Positions 14,991-29,152 of a DNA stretch of 64,000 nt are shown here, piece after piece. Position numbers and translations under genes: made by a program. The stretch is from the human T2T-CHM13v2.0 reference genome, Homo sapiens. The stretch is from assembly GCF_009914755.1 (NCBI RefSeq), contig NC_060926.1. One strand, 5' to 3'. Positions within the stretch are counted from its first letter, which is position 1, and the number at the start of each line of letters is the position of its first letter. The notes beneath the pieces were generated by a model. The model did no database searches. It saw nothing but the letters and a program-made list of their open reading frames with translations, and was not told the DNA's origin.

Positions 14991-15989
14991 TTCTCACACT
15001 GGCATGCTATTTAGAAGGTTAGCCCTTTTCTGGTTAGGCTTCCTCCTCTACTTTACAAATCATTAAGTGCTGCCTCCTGTTGGTCTCCCTTGGCGTTACG
15101 CTGTAGCCAGCCCTTCAATACAATCAGTGAAAACAATCCTTGTTGGGAGTAGATCATTTCGGAGTATTGATTCTAAATTTGTCATTGTTTTCCGTGAAAG
15201 CTAAGCATAGAGTATAAATTGCCACTCACCACATAAAGTTGATGACTTTCTATGCCCAAATGATTTGACAATTTGTGATTTTTCCCCAGGAGTTTTTTTG
15301 CTAACATTTTTCAAGGCAAAATATTCAATCCCTGTCCAAAATGATCAAATTTTGCCCTGCAGCAAACTTGTAAATTTTTGCCAGGACCCGTGAAACTTCA
15401 CAAGGCAAGAGATCAATAATGTCACACTGTTCCCTTCTCACCGCTTTCCTCAATGTACACACTATCTAGTTTGAAACTGCCAACATGAGAAAGTAAAAAA
15501 TTTAAGGGACAAGTAAGGAACTCTCTCCTCATCTTTTAAAAATATAGGTGATATCTTTAAAGTAGAGATGATCTGTCTGTGCTCAAAAATTTGAAGTAAG
15601 ACAAAAATTTAGTTTTGGATATTTAAATTAATTTTACAAAATAGCAACATGCATGACTCTACTCTTGTATTATCCTGTTGTGTATGTTCACATACCCAAA
15701 AATATTTTTGGTGTTCTGCCTATTGTGTCTGATGCTGTCAGCCTTTGTTGCAAATCAGGACTTAGGCAAAGAGCCCAGATGGGCTTTGCACTGCTGTCAT
15801 GCCAAGGCACTAAGACATTTTACTTCCACCTGTAATAATATTAAGGCTTTACTTCTTCAACATTAATTTGATGCATACCTTTCTTTTTTCCCCCACATTA
15901 AAAAACGTCAATAAGTGTGAGCCAATGTTTCAGTAGATTTCATCACTCTTTCTCTTCAAACTTTGTCTTTCTATCCAGGTCTGTCTTGT

Positions 15990-16260
15990 CTGCCTGAATT
16001 GTAACTGTGAATATTTTCCCATGTTCACCTATTGGGCTTTCATTCTTCTTGATATCTAATTCCTCCTTCAGATAACTCATCCATTTTCATGGCTTCAGCT
16101 ATGCCTTTACTTGAATGATTTCCAAAATTCTATCGCCAATCCTTTCCCCTCATCTAAGCACCAGTCATTTATTTTCAACTCTTCACTGGACATTTCTACT
16201 TTGATGATTTGCCCCCTTTTCAAAATAAACAAGCTGAATTCTCCACCCCTCGATCGCCTC
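15990..16260 (+). mobile_element. L2 fragment
   Basis: ACTCATCCATTTTCATGGCTTCAGCTAT...ATGATTTCCAAAATTCTAT...CTGGACATTTCTACTTTGATG is L2-like. Confidence 0.6.
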
Positions 16261-16399
16261 CCACTCCTGATTTCGTTTTTGTTTTCAAGAATAGAAACCT
16301 GTTTCCGAATATTTATTTGGAAATAAATATTATCCATACTTGAAACTTTGGGCCAAGGCACAAGAATGGCAATGCAAAGACGTACAAAAAACTGGAGTT

Positions 16400-16672
16400 A
16401 ACATACAGAAGTGCAGTGAGCCAGGCTCAGCTGTATGGACTTGGGGCCTTGGCCCTGTTTTACTCAGCGCCACCTAATGGTCACCATTTAGAAAGGCAGG
16501 CCTACTTTTGCCAGATGCAATTTTGCAAAGGAAAATGTAAATGTCAATTTTATAGTGAAATTTATCAATATGTTTAAACGTTGTCACTGTTAAACAAAAT
16601 GCAGCACTCTGGAAGCAATATGAAGTTTATATATGAGTATGTTTATTCCAAGAGCTGCCAATTTGTGACCAC
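16400..16672. mobile_element. Old hAT-Charlie MITE (MER103C-like); boundaries approximate
   Basis: TTGCCAGATG...TTTTATAGTGAAATTT...GCTGCCAATTTGTGACC resembles the copy at about 22.7 kb. Confidence 0.4.
16465..16483 (-). promoter_or_regulatory. CTCF-like core motif
   Basis: Minus strand TGACCATTAGGTGGCGCTG versus consensus TGGCCACCAGGGGGCGCTA. Confidence 0.55.
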
Positions 16673-18928
16673 TACGAAATCAGCTGAGCTAAAAGACAAT
16701 TGGAAAATATATAAATAAATAAAAAGTAACTGGCAGCTCCTCTTGGTTATGATAATGATGCTAGAGCTAACACAGATAACCCAAAAGAATGGAGCCGTTC
16801 CAGTGCGTCACAAGACTTTAGGACACTTACATAGTGTTCTGAAAAATAGGCTAAACTAATTTCATCAGTGAGATAACCAACATTGAGCTAAACCCACAAA
16901 CCTGAAATTAAACATCACACATTGTAAATCAGTGAAGCAAAAATCAAACATCCAGAAACTACAAAAAGTAATCCTGTCTCTTTTAAAATAAGCCTCAGGT
17001 TATTCTTCTTTCCTTAAAGGTGCTCTGAGGCATGAAAAGTAAATTTTCAGCCTAAGAGTGGTAGATTTCAATGAATATACAATATGGTTCCCATGTCTCA
17101 AATTCTTACTTTGTTCTGTTTTTTTGAAAGACAATGTACATTTGGGTTTTACATAACATATAAGCCTTTGGAAATAAATATTACAGACTTCTAATGTTAG
17201 ACTTGTGGAAATTGAGCCAAAGACATACACCAGTCAAAGACATATATTGATGACATAAAGCAATCTTTGTGACAAGATCGCTTAAGATTTCAAAAAGACA
17301 TATGCAGATGAAATTAAGCACATATAAATTTATCCAATGGTTACTTAAAAAATAAAAATAAAAATTAGATTAACTGCCTTCACACTTGGGATTTTTACTT
17401 GTAAACCCAATACTAATTGAGAAAATTAAGAAACTATGGAAACTTAACTAATTCAATATTTTTTTTCAATATACTGGCAAGGGTATTTTTATAAACATAA
17501 AGGAAATGCAAAATATAAATATACTAAAACATTAAGATATATAAACACTCAAACTATCATTACAAAATCTATGTGAAATATAAATCAGGCAATTGACAGT
17601 AAATAATATGAAACTTGTACTTTGTTTGCTTTAGAAATATTATTTTATTTTCCAATATCTTTACCTCGGTCAGGTGGCCAAACTGTCTGATTAGAAATAT
17701 CTTAGCATAAAGATGAAAAATGCATTCTATGAACTACTATAGCATAAAGGCTTTTGAATTTCTTCTGAGTTGCCATTGATCTGCACGCATTCATTTCTGA
17801 ATTAGAAAACAGCTAATATTTTGTGAAAAGAGGATACATATTTCTTTAAATTGAGAAACTAAATTTCATGTTAATATAGTATCAGTTTATTGTACTTCAG
17901 ATTTTAGCACAAGCATTTCAGAACACTGAAAAACTATATTTAGAGTGAGATCTACATATTCCATACAGATGGAATCAGTCCATGAATATATATTGGTATC
18001 ATTCTTGCCAGTCCTAATAAAACTCTGTCTTTAGTGTGTTTGAACAAGGCTTAAGTTATACATGAAAACTGAAACATCAAACCATTATATACCATTTAAG
18101 TGTAGATAAAATAATTTTACATCCGTACAATATTTTTAAATGTTGACTTTAGCAAAAACTTAAAAATTCTCTGAAATTTGAAATGAAAATTCATGATGCA
18201 CAAAATTATGAAAGAAGAAAATGTCTACTCCAAATATCCCATAACTTTTTTGAACAAACTCTGTTGTGATTTAATCTTTTTCATTTACATTTTCTGTCTG
18301 TATTTGAGTTTACAAAGTGCTTTCAAATGCAATACAACATTTAACCTGCACTATGGCCTTTTGTGAAAAGTGGTGTTATTGTACTTTTAATGATGAGAAG
18401 AGTCTCCTGGAGGTGAATGACCAACTTCATCATCACACAACCAGAAATAAATGGTAGGACTGAAGCTTGAAGCTCTGGTTCTCTGAATGCCAGCCAGAGT
18501 GTTATTTCTAACAGACCACAGTGTGCTATGCTGGTTTCTGATCAGATCCGTTTTTCCTCTATCCATTTTACACACATAAAATACATGAGAACAAGGTAAA
18601 TGGAACAATTCTAAGTTTTTTAGTTTTTCTTTGTAATTTGACTCTCTTGAAATCCCAGCTTTGTCTAAGCATAGCATAACTCGAATATGAAATCATATTC
18701 ATGTTTGTGTGCATCTGCATGTGAGTGTGCTCACCCATATGTATACATGTAATGAATTCCTATACAATTAAATGCACTGCTTCCTTTTATTTTCTTCAGA
18801 AAAATTGCCATGGTTCTAAGAAGAAAATAGAGAAAAAGAGAATCTCAGTAACTATACAGGAATCAAAGGATTTAGTAAAATGGAAATGCATCGGCAGGAA
18901 ATCATAAATTTGTTATTTTTTTAAAATA

Positions 18929-19176
18929 CAGTCATGTGCCAATAGGATTACATTCTAAGGAATGCATAATTAGGCAATTTCTTCATTGTGTGAACATCAT
19001 AGAGTGGAATTACACAAACATAGATGGTATAGTCTACCACATACCTAGGTGATATGATGGAACCTATTGTTTCTAAACCACGAACTTATACGGCATGTTA
19101 CGGCATTGATCTTATGGGATCACCCTTAGTATATGGACTGTTGTTGGCCAAAACATTGTTATGTGGCACATGGCTA
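18929..19176. mobile_element. Tigger3/MER7 (GOLEM) internally deleted element
   Basis: TA-CAGTCATGTGCCA...TGTGTGAACATCATAGAGTG...CACAAACATAGATGGTATAG...TGGCACATGGCTA-TA with TIRs. Confidence 0.85.
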
Positions 19177-19702
19177 TATATAGCCAGGTGGGTAGAGCCC
19201 ATCTGGACTGTAAATACATAATTCTTAGGAGTCTAAAGTTCTAGAGGTGAAATGGTTTGACCTGAGTTTTTGAGAGTGGAATACTCAATTGAACAAATGT
19301 ATAATTCTGTTTCTGTTTCTTGGCGTAAACTTATTCCATATATATTCATATAGCTTATTTTTGTCTAATGCTGATATAAAATTTGACTAATAACAAAATA
19401 AATTATATTAGTCCTTAGAAGGGAAGTCTGCTTTTGACTTTAATGAAATGTGCCCCAAAACACATTGGAAGAGATTAGACTTAATCTAATTATCTGTTCT
19501 CGTACTACTTAGGACAAGCGCTTTCTTCCTTTCTCAAAATCCATCTTGTCTTCTGCTCGGTTTCACTGTAAACTTGAAATCACTTTATGACATCAGCCTG
19601 TCACCCTGAAAATAACAGATATCCCAGATGTGTCATTGAAAGTTCACTTCCAAAACAAAGAGGAAGATAGAATGGGCTCTCGGGGGCCTCTGATCTTGTT
19701 TA

Positions 19703-20077
<375 letters not shown>

Positions 20078-22629
20078 TCACCCCTGCAGGCTATGCCTTT
20101 CAGGTGAAGGATGCTGAATGTTCCATTCAGACTGACTTTCTGATCTTCCAAACTTTAAGAGGTTGTATCGGAGTCATACTTTGAAAAGTTATCTCCTCAA
20201 GTTCCTGGTATTCCCTGATGGTTCAGAACTCATACACCTTGGCACATGTAGTTATGAAAGCTCTTTGCATTTGATGAGAAGCACGAAGAAGCAGGACCAG
20301 TGCAAGCCCATATGGGAAAAAGTGCCATGTGATTCAATAGTATATAAATCGGCCTCCCATGGTGACAGAAGGTGTCATTCAAGGCCATAGGCCACAGGGA
20401 GAGTGTCACTCATATGTATGCACACTCAGTTCAGTCCTGTGCACATCCTACACTTCCGAATGCATACTGACCATTTTCCCCTTGGAGTCACGTACACAAC
20501 ATGCAGAATGGTTATGTAGGAGAAATCCATGGCAACAGCACATAGCTTGTAGATTGTATTTGGAAAAAAAAATTACCTTTTCTAAAGTTTTAAATTTTAA
20601 AACATGTAATTCTTGAGATTTACTTGATTCAAACTTGAAAAAAAATAGTGTTGCACAATTTTTTTGAGCACTAGCTTATCTTAAGGCTTTCTGAATAACC
20701 TAAGGGCTATTCAGTCTTCCTTTTAGAAACCTCCGAGTTATTTTTCTGTGCTGTGTACATTTTCATCCACAAGAAAAATATTTTCTTCTCATTCCCTTAG
20801 ATTCCTCGGGACACTTTTTTTTTTTTTGTCTGCAGACACCTTAAAGGACTGTTTAAGACCCTATCCACTCTATCTATTCTTAGCTTCACCTGAAGGGCAA
20901 AATCCCTAAGATCTTGACACACATACTGATAAATACATGGAATTATTAAAGGTGCCATCTCAGCAGAAGAGGATTGCTGCTGCCTTTGTTCTCGGGGGAA
21001 TACATATTTCACCCAGTAGCAAGACACCCAACTGCTGCTACAATCAGAAATCTCTGAAATGCCTTTAAGCTAATCATCTTTGAACATAAGCCTTTGTTGT
21101 TGAATCAGGGACCTTCTAGATGCAAGGCACAGAAACCTTTTTTTATTATTTTGTTTTTTCTCCACCTTGCACAAAACAGCATCAAGCCTGTCACCACCGA
21201 CAGTAAGGTTCAGTGATCTGTCAACATTCACCCCTGATGAAGACAGTGAGAGAAATCCATAGCTCTGGAGAGTTCAGGAGAGAACCAAACAGTGTGTTTG
21301 CAAAAGAGCATTTTTATATGTTTTCTTGTGACAGCACTAGTTTAACAGAAAATAGTTGGAGTGTGCCAAAAAGGGGGAAAAATGAAAGACAGTAGTAGTA
21401 AGTTAGGCTAGCATGACATGATGGATCTGGGCTATGACAAACCAAATTGGAACAAAGCTTCCCTGGGGACCAACTATACCAGGTTTGCTGAATTGTATTT
21501 CTTGATTTCTTACTGTGCAACAGTGCTTTTACTGTTAGATTGACTAGGCTTCAGAATATTTTTAAAATTGTACAAATCAAAATCCATGTAGCTTAAAAAT
21601 GAAGGATGTAAAAGGTTTAGGAGTTTGATGTATTGAAAGGCATTCTGTATTCCCTCATGTGAGTATTAAGTATACACTTTGTCTGTTCGATGAATTTCAA
21701 ATCTTTGTGGAAGGCAGTAGACACGATAGCAGTTTACAGGGTGGAAAACCCTGGTTGGAAAGCAGGGCACAGGCTGGAGAGATTCAAAGCTTCTTCCTGC
21801 TTATCCCACCCAGATGTGCCCAGGAATTGCAATATGCAGCATCTGTAGGGTCTCACTTGTTCTGAGATGTTTATATAAAGGACAAGTAAAGAAACCTTAA
21901 ATCTGGTGCCCTCTTAACAAAGGTGTGATGCATTATTCTTATTACTTGTCCTTTCAATTCTTACCTAGTGGCTTTCACATAGTCTAAGGTAAGGCCAGAA
22001 GAAAAATAACCAAAAAAAGAGGAAGAAGAATTATTTCAAAGCTGCTAAATTTTACTGGTTTTCATATACCACGTGAAACCTAACAACTAGACAATCTGAT
22101 TCTTTACAATAGTCATTCATAATAAACTTTGAATAAATATCTAAATGAAAGGACTTTCTTAAATACCCAGGCAAGTTTAGGTACTCAAGCTGCAAAGGCA
22201 TAAACAATTGAGTCCCTATCTTTAAGGAGTTTACAAGCAATTTGAATAATTAATGAAACTGTCAGAGTGTAATGTGATAACTACCAAGCAACAGCCAAGC
22301 TCAAAGCAGATAGCAAACTATCTAGTGGGCTTGATCAACACAGCTCCATGACTTTCCCAATAGCTATTTACGATCAGGAGAAGGGTAGAGTAAAGGGATG
22401 CTGAAAGTGAGGTGGTTGGGGTTCAGTAAAATAGAAGATCTAAGTATTGAGGAAGGAGAGCTAAATAAGACATTAGTTCAGAACACATTAAAGTAGGAAA
22501 CACAGGCTAAAGCGCTTACGGCTGGTAATGTAAGGGAATAAAGTGGTGGTGTTTAAGGGTTAAGGAAAATAGGAAATGATGGCAACAAGCCCAAACTCGA
22601 GTTTGTCCCATCCAAAAAAAGAAAAAAAA

Positions 22630-22860
22630 AAAGGGCAGCGGCTATTCAACTATAGCCCATTGATGCATGCCAGAATGTGGAGCAATATTGCCAAATCTTC
22701 TGGTCTTCCAAGAGAAACCAGAAATCTGGATTTTCATATAACATATATTTAAATTTAGAAAACTTTTTTTTAACATTACACATGACGTGGCATTATGTGA
22801 ACCCAATCAAATGCACCTGAGAATTGTTTTAGCCCATGCACTTTCAAGTTGCAACCGTTT
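22630..22860. mobile_element. MER103C-like hAT MITE
   Basis: TTGCCAAATCTTCTGG...CAAGAGAAACCAGAAATCTGGATTTTCATAT core. Confidence 0.55.
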
Positions 22861-23574
22861 TTTTGACATACTCAGATAGTGTGTAATAATGGATACACAA
22901 TGTAGGAGGAGGAACAGGGAGCCTGAACTGTTTGGGGTAATCATCAGATTCAAATACTTTTTAACAGTAAATGGCTGGAATGGGTTAGGCTGAGGATACA
23001 AAAGAGATTTAGAAATGAGGGAAACACAGATTACTCACTTCTCAAGTAGAGTATGATAGCCGGCAGCAGGTAACGAGGTAGAAAAGAACAGAGCCAGCTA
23101 AGTGTGGGTATGGTCAAGAAATAAGAGATTTGTCAGAAAGGACTTAAAAGACAGAAGAGAAGGAAGAAGACAGGGTGTTATGAAGTGGCCAGTGAGATCA
23201 TCAGTGAGAGGATACACAGTACTGTTCTGTGGCCTGAAAGTGGCATTGAGCTGATCACAACAGAATGCCCTAAGTATAGATTTTTAAGAGAATTATTGAG
23301 AGCAACAGACTGTTTCAAACAGATTTGACTTTGAAAGTCCAGGTGATTTAACCCTGGTTTGATAATTTCTATCAGAAATACAGCAAATAAATTGGTTAAC
23401 TGAATTCAATGCACTTGCAAAATGTACTAAAGACAGTTTGAATGGTATTCGATTAAGTATTTTGGGGGGTACTTGGGGATGACAATGAATATGATGATAC
23501 ATTAGACACTACCTGTCCCAAGGTGTTTACAATCTGTATGGAAAAGCAGCAGACATGTACATGCAAACACAGTT

Positions 23575-23620
23575 TCTCTCCCTCCCTCCCTCCCTCCTCA
23601 CTCACTCACTCACAGACACA
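23575..23620. repeat. (CCCT)n/(CACT)n simple repeat
   Basis: ctccctccctccctccctcctcactcactcactcac. Confidence 0.85.
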
Positions 23621-26555
23621 CTCAGGCACATACATTTGTGTGTGTTCTTCTAATGCTTGCTAAGTGTTATGCCATAAAAGCAAAGCATATATGATTGTTC
23701 AAAATCAAATGTTATAGTTTTTTCTCTAATTCTAAAGTACTTCAGTGTATTACCAGGTGGGTTCTCTTCAGAGAACCCCAACAGCAGGCCAGGAGGCAGT
23801 GTGCTGGTAGATGCCAGGCAATCCAGACAGGATCCCATTATCTTCCTCTCTTGCCACTTTTGTTAAAACCTGGTAAGACTAGCACTCAGCAAACGTTCAG
23901 TGAGTTACATGTTTTAATTTGAATGGGCTGATTTGAATTCAAACTGATGAGGTTTGAACCTTGCCCCTCTATATCTACCCATTTTATCATTGCCCACCTT
24001 CTCTTCACCAAGGCTAGAGCTGAGACTAGCGCTGAAAAGAAAATTCTTGGTAAAGAATTCCGGAATCTTTTAAGAGTTGTACCCAGACACTGGAGAAATT
24101 TAATCAAAAACTCAGTTACATAGAAACAGCATATTTAAAATGTTTAGAATAAAAGTATTTTAGAAACTGGGAAGTTTTAAGACACTTTTGAAAAGCCATA
24201 ACTACCTCTAACGCGATGGCTATTTCACAGTGGTGCTATTAGACAGCTACAGCCAAGTGCCCCAAATTAATATTAATAACAATGAGTATAAATAATAGTG
24301 GGCTTTTCTGTACTATAAGCACATCCTATTCTTATTTTAAAATACAGTAGCTTGAGTTTTGCAATGACTATTAAATTTCATCAGCCATTTTGGGGTGACA
24401 GTTAGCTTCCAGCCAATAACAGAATATTATAAAAGGAGAAAGTTAAGATCAATCTTAAATGTAATAGTTTTTATATAAGTGTTGCTGCTTTTTTTTAGTT
24501 AATTATTTACAAATGTATTTTCTCAATATATAATGCAGGAAGATGCCAATATTACTCAATTATTTTGATCCATTTATACCTTGAACTAAGGAAATAATTG
24601 GTATGCCACCCCTAATATTCATTTACTGAAAGATTTGTATCCTCTTTGGTTTGGTTTTATTTATGTGTAAATATGCATAGTTCAAAACTTGTTAGTAGCA
24701 ACACTAATAATGTCATTTATATACTTCACCTTGTCCATTTAAAATGGATTGTTCTATTTATAGAGTAACAGCCTGTAAAATTAAATTAAACTTTTAATAG
24801 AAAAGACAGTCCTTTTAAAAATTATTATAATAGAAAGGTTGATTTTTTTCATAAATCACTTCCAAAGTAATTTTTAAGAAAATCTTATTTTAGTTCCAAA
24901 ACTTTAAAATAGTCTTATTGATTTTTAAAAATAATTATTCATGTAAAATAATTTATGGCAGAGTTTTCTGTACTTGAAAATAATTCTTATAATAGGAATT
25001 TTACAAGACCATTTATTTTAGCAGTGCTAGGAAACACAACTATAATTTAGAAGCTATTGTTGATTGTTTCTAGAAATATATATCGACCTCATTAGTTTTA
25101 AGTGATAACATTACTAAGCCAAAGTTCCAATCCAACAGTACCAGAATTACTGATTGTAATCAGTTTTCTTCGAACTTTTCCTTTAGCACTTAGATTTCAC
25201 TTAGCTTATCATACATAAATATAAATGTAAATTTAAATTATCTTAGAATTCTCATTATTAAACAGTATAGAATTAATACCCATGGAAGCTCCAGTGTCTA
25301 AAGTCTTTTGTTACAGTCCCTTTGGTATGCATTTGGGGTCTGGTTGTATTGATACCACCCTCTTGGACACTTTATTATTAATCAAGAAGACACCCAATGG
25401 TCTCGAGAATCTTCACCACCCAATAAGCATTCACTGAGTCATTTATTCATCGAGTAATGCTCTAGAGGAGAGGAAGTCATCATCCTCATCACTAGCAACT
25501 GACATTTATTAGGTCCTCATACATGCCAGGTGTGTTTCTACACTCTTAACATGTGTTAACATATTTAGTCCTCACAACAAAGTGTTCCTGAAAATGATTT
25601 TGTGAAGTTTGTTAGCTGGATTTACAACTGTTAAATATTTAGACACATGGTCTGCACATCTCCATTTATATTCTTGTCTTGAGACCCACTGATTGTTAAA
25701 GGCTATCCCAAAACATATCCATTTCGCACAGTTTAGAGTGTGATTTTATTTATTTCGGCAGAGGATAGATTAAACTGACTTTGGTGTCTTAAACCACATC
25801 AATGTGTCAAAGATGTCAGGCTTTGTTAATGATGCACAATTTACTAAGCACCTGATGAAAAGCAGAGACTAAAAGTTTCTTAGGTAAGGGTCTTCAGGCT
25901 GGGTGTTCTGGGAGGAAGGAAACGGAAAGTAATATTAATATATATGTTTTGCAACTATTAAGTGTCAAAAGGATAATGTGATCATGGGATATTCATATTC
26001 AAATCCAAGTTTAGGTATCATTTGCTGACAAATGTTTAACACAAAAACTCAAAGGTAAAATCTCTACTTTTTTGCCTATTCAGTTTGAAAGTTCTATAGT
26101 TAAGGCAGAGACAACAGCAAAATCAAGGATAAATATTTGAATTACTCTAAGTCCATTTGACAAAAATAAAGTTCTGGAAATGTAACTCAATGGTAAATTA
26201 GTCTTAGTCAATTTCTTTACTTAAAACTCTTCTGGTATTTGTCATAATGATAAATGATCATCTCCTCTAAGCCCTTCCTTTCCCCATAACTGAATTCCTA
26301 CTCAATAAGCACCTTAAAGATTCTAAGACAGTCTCTGTTGTTATTCTTACATACTCTGGAACCCACAGCACTTAAATTTATGAATGGTTTGAACCACCAA
26401 CCTATTATGCAAGCGTAACCTAATGTTCTTTGAATATAAGCACTAGGTAAACAAGAAAATATTGCCACATGCATTTACTTAGTGCTTCTGACATTTTGAC
26501 ATTTAATGGATTGATAATTAACTTTTTCAAGACTGGTAGACTTCTCTCCAAACAT

Positions 26556-26935
26556 ACTAGTTAGGATAATACTAGCTGCTGTAACAAAGCCCAAAATAGA
26601 TAATGGTTTAAACAAAATAGAATTTTATTTTGCACTCATGTGAAGTTCAGCATGGACATTGTTGATTGGCAGGCTGCTTTCCTGCAGCCATTAAACCAGG
26701 AACCCTGACTCTTCCCATGTGATGGACCCAGTGTCTTCAACATGTGGCTTCTAAGACCACTGTTTCTCTACATCAAGCCAGTGGAAAAGGAATGAAGAGG
26801 AGGAGGGTCCTACTTAGACTGGAAGTGACACACATCACTTCTGCTTATTTCTTACTAGGAAGTGTAGCCTTTGGGGGACAGCCACTTTCCAGCATCATCT
26901 GCCAAAGGCACTCCAAAATGCAAAAATGTCAGTGA
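26556..26935 (-). mobile_element. MLT1J-like MaLR LTR
   Basis: AGTTAGGATAATACTAGCTGCTGTAACAAA...CTGGAAGTGACACACATCACTTCTGCTTATTT. Confidence 0.7.
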
Positions 26936-27119
26936 TTAGTCCAAAGAAGTGACTGGAGGATTCAGGTTCTCTAACATCCAGCCAATGGCTCTTGTTACTA
27001 GATCACTGTTTTCCAGCCAGTGGGACTCTTTCTGCAAACAGGTGACCTCTACTTGGAGAGAAACCAGAAGAAAATTTAATTGAATTCTAAGCTAATGAGA
27101 AGAAATGTAATCATAACAA

Positions 27120-27355
27120 AATAATAGCCAGTGTTTATTGAGCATTCGATATGTCTTGGGCATTCTTCTAAGCACTTTATATATGTTAGTTTGGTTAATA
27201 CTCAGGGTGATGCTAAAGGAAATTATTTTTAGTAGCCCCATTTTACAGTTGGGGAAACTGAGGCATGGGGCTGTGAATATATTTCCCAAAGCCATATGGT
27301 AAGCATCCAATGAAATCTGGATTCAAATCTAGGTAGTCTGATTCCATCAGATTAT
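27120..27355 (-). mobile_element. MIR (MIRb-like), near full length
   Basis: TTTATTGAGC...CTAAGCACTTTATATATGTT...CCCCATTTTACAGTTGGGGAAACTGAGGC. Confidence 0.85.
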
Positions 27356-27579
27356 TTTATCTTCCATCAAAGATAGAAAAATGCCATTTGAAAACAAAGG
27401 GGAAAATGGAGAGAAAAGGTTTCTTCCTGAAAGAAACTTTCTCTAATTAGGCATGGCTTAAGTTACACAGTTTGTAATTCTGTACAACTCACTCTCACCC
27501 TGTAGACTTGAAAGCCCCTGTTCTTTTCCCTATGATTACTTACCTTGTCCAAGTCATGTGGGCTCAGAAGAGGGAAAAA

Positions 27580-27900
27580 CTTAAAACATGGTCTCTCATC
27601 TCAAGGAAGTTAGATTCTGTTGAGGAGAAGAGACCCTAAAATGGTAGGAAAGAACAGTCAAGATTAAAGGACAAATAAAAGGCAGACAATAGGATTTCAG
27701 AAAAGGCTGTAATCACCACACATAAATTACCAAGAAAGGTTTCATCAAGGATGTTCTTCTTTAGCTGGTCCTTAATAAATGGGTAGGATTTCATGAATAG
27801 AGAGGTACTGAGAATGTCAGGGGAGAAGGAAGCTGAGAACAAAGTTTCGGGTAGATAAAGACACGGTGTTTGTAGCAGCCGGTCTGTAATAACAAGCAAT
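27580..27900 (-). mobile_element. L2 fragment
   Basis: ACATGGTCTCTCATCTCAAGGAAGTTAGATTCT...TTAGCTGGTCCTTAATAAATGGGTAGGATTT. Confidence 0.55.
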
Positions 27901-28867
27901 TTTAGGAATTAGTGAGAGTTACATCTTTATCCATTTTTACTTTAGAACTTATTTTTTTGCATATATTTTTAATTCTATGTAACCATCTGGTAATGCCTGG
28001 CACTCTATGATTTGTTGCAGTAGTAGTGTTTATCTAAGGAACTACGTATGTAGGCACAGGAAAAAGAATACTGAGTTCTGGGAACAAAGGCTGGGGAGGG
28101 ATTTCCAAACAAATGTCACCTTCTACTCATTTCAACAAGTGTAAGAGTTAAGAAATGTGCCTCGCTGTCACCACATTTCTGGGCCTCTACGGCTTGTTAC
28201 AGAGAACCTAACCAAGACCTCGGTATTCTGGCTGTCCTGTCTAACTACATTTAGAGTAACTGACCATCCTTACATACCTATATCACTTCCCATCCCTGCT
28301 CTCTCATGCAGAGAATATTTCATCCCTCCCTCAAATCAAGGGATGAGCCCCTGGAGGACAGCGAGTGAGTTCTGAATTCTCTGAGGAGCCACCTCTGACT
28401 ACGACTGTCCCTCTCTGTCAATCACAGAGCACTTCGAGTGACATCATGGCTGTTTGCAGTATTATGCTGTTGCTGTAGGCAGCATGAAATTGACAAGGAA
28501 TGGCACAGAGAAGAGCTGAAAGGGCACTTCTGCTTTTGTGATGCATCTGACACCTGTAGTTACAAGAAAGAAAACAGCTTTCATAAGCATATTGCTAGGT
28601 GATGTAGAAGGTGAATGAGAATTTAGAAGTAGTTTTTCAATGTAATAGCACAATAGAATCTAAACTGCTTCTGTGCACTTGCACCCTAAGAATATCTTCC
28701 TAAGTGGAAGCCATCCGGTAAGGTAGTTTCTCAGAAACCTTTGGGTAAAAAGTTAGGCTTCAGTGAAAACCCAATCTAGATCTCAGAACGTTTTGGTCTA
28801 TGAGATGGGGGTCTTACCAGCTCTGATTTTAATAAAATATACCTTTTTTAGAAACTCGATCTTCACA

Positions 28868-29152
28868 TTTTTTTAAACTTTTACTTTAGGTATTAGGGTA
28901 CATGTGAAGGTTTGCTGCATAGGTAAACGTGTGTCATGGGGGTTTGTTGTACTTACTATTTCATCGCCTGTGTATTAAGCCCAGTACCCAATAGTTATTC
29001 TTCCTGATCTTCTCCCCTCTCCCCTCAAGTAGATCCCAGTGTCTGCTGTTTCCTTCTTTGTGTTCGTAAGTTCTTATCATTTAGCTCCCACTTGTGAGAA
29101 AATGCAGTATTTGGATTTCTGTTCCTGAGTTAGTTTGCTAAGGATAATAGCC
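28868..29152 (-). mobile_element. L1PA13-16-like 3' end, 5'-truncated
   Basis: AACTTTTACTTTAGG...GGTACATGTGAAGGTTTG...CCCAGTACCCAATAGTTAT...CATTTAGCTCCCACTT; TSD AAATATACCTTTTTT at 28835-28849 and 29153-29167. Confidence 0.92.
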
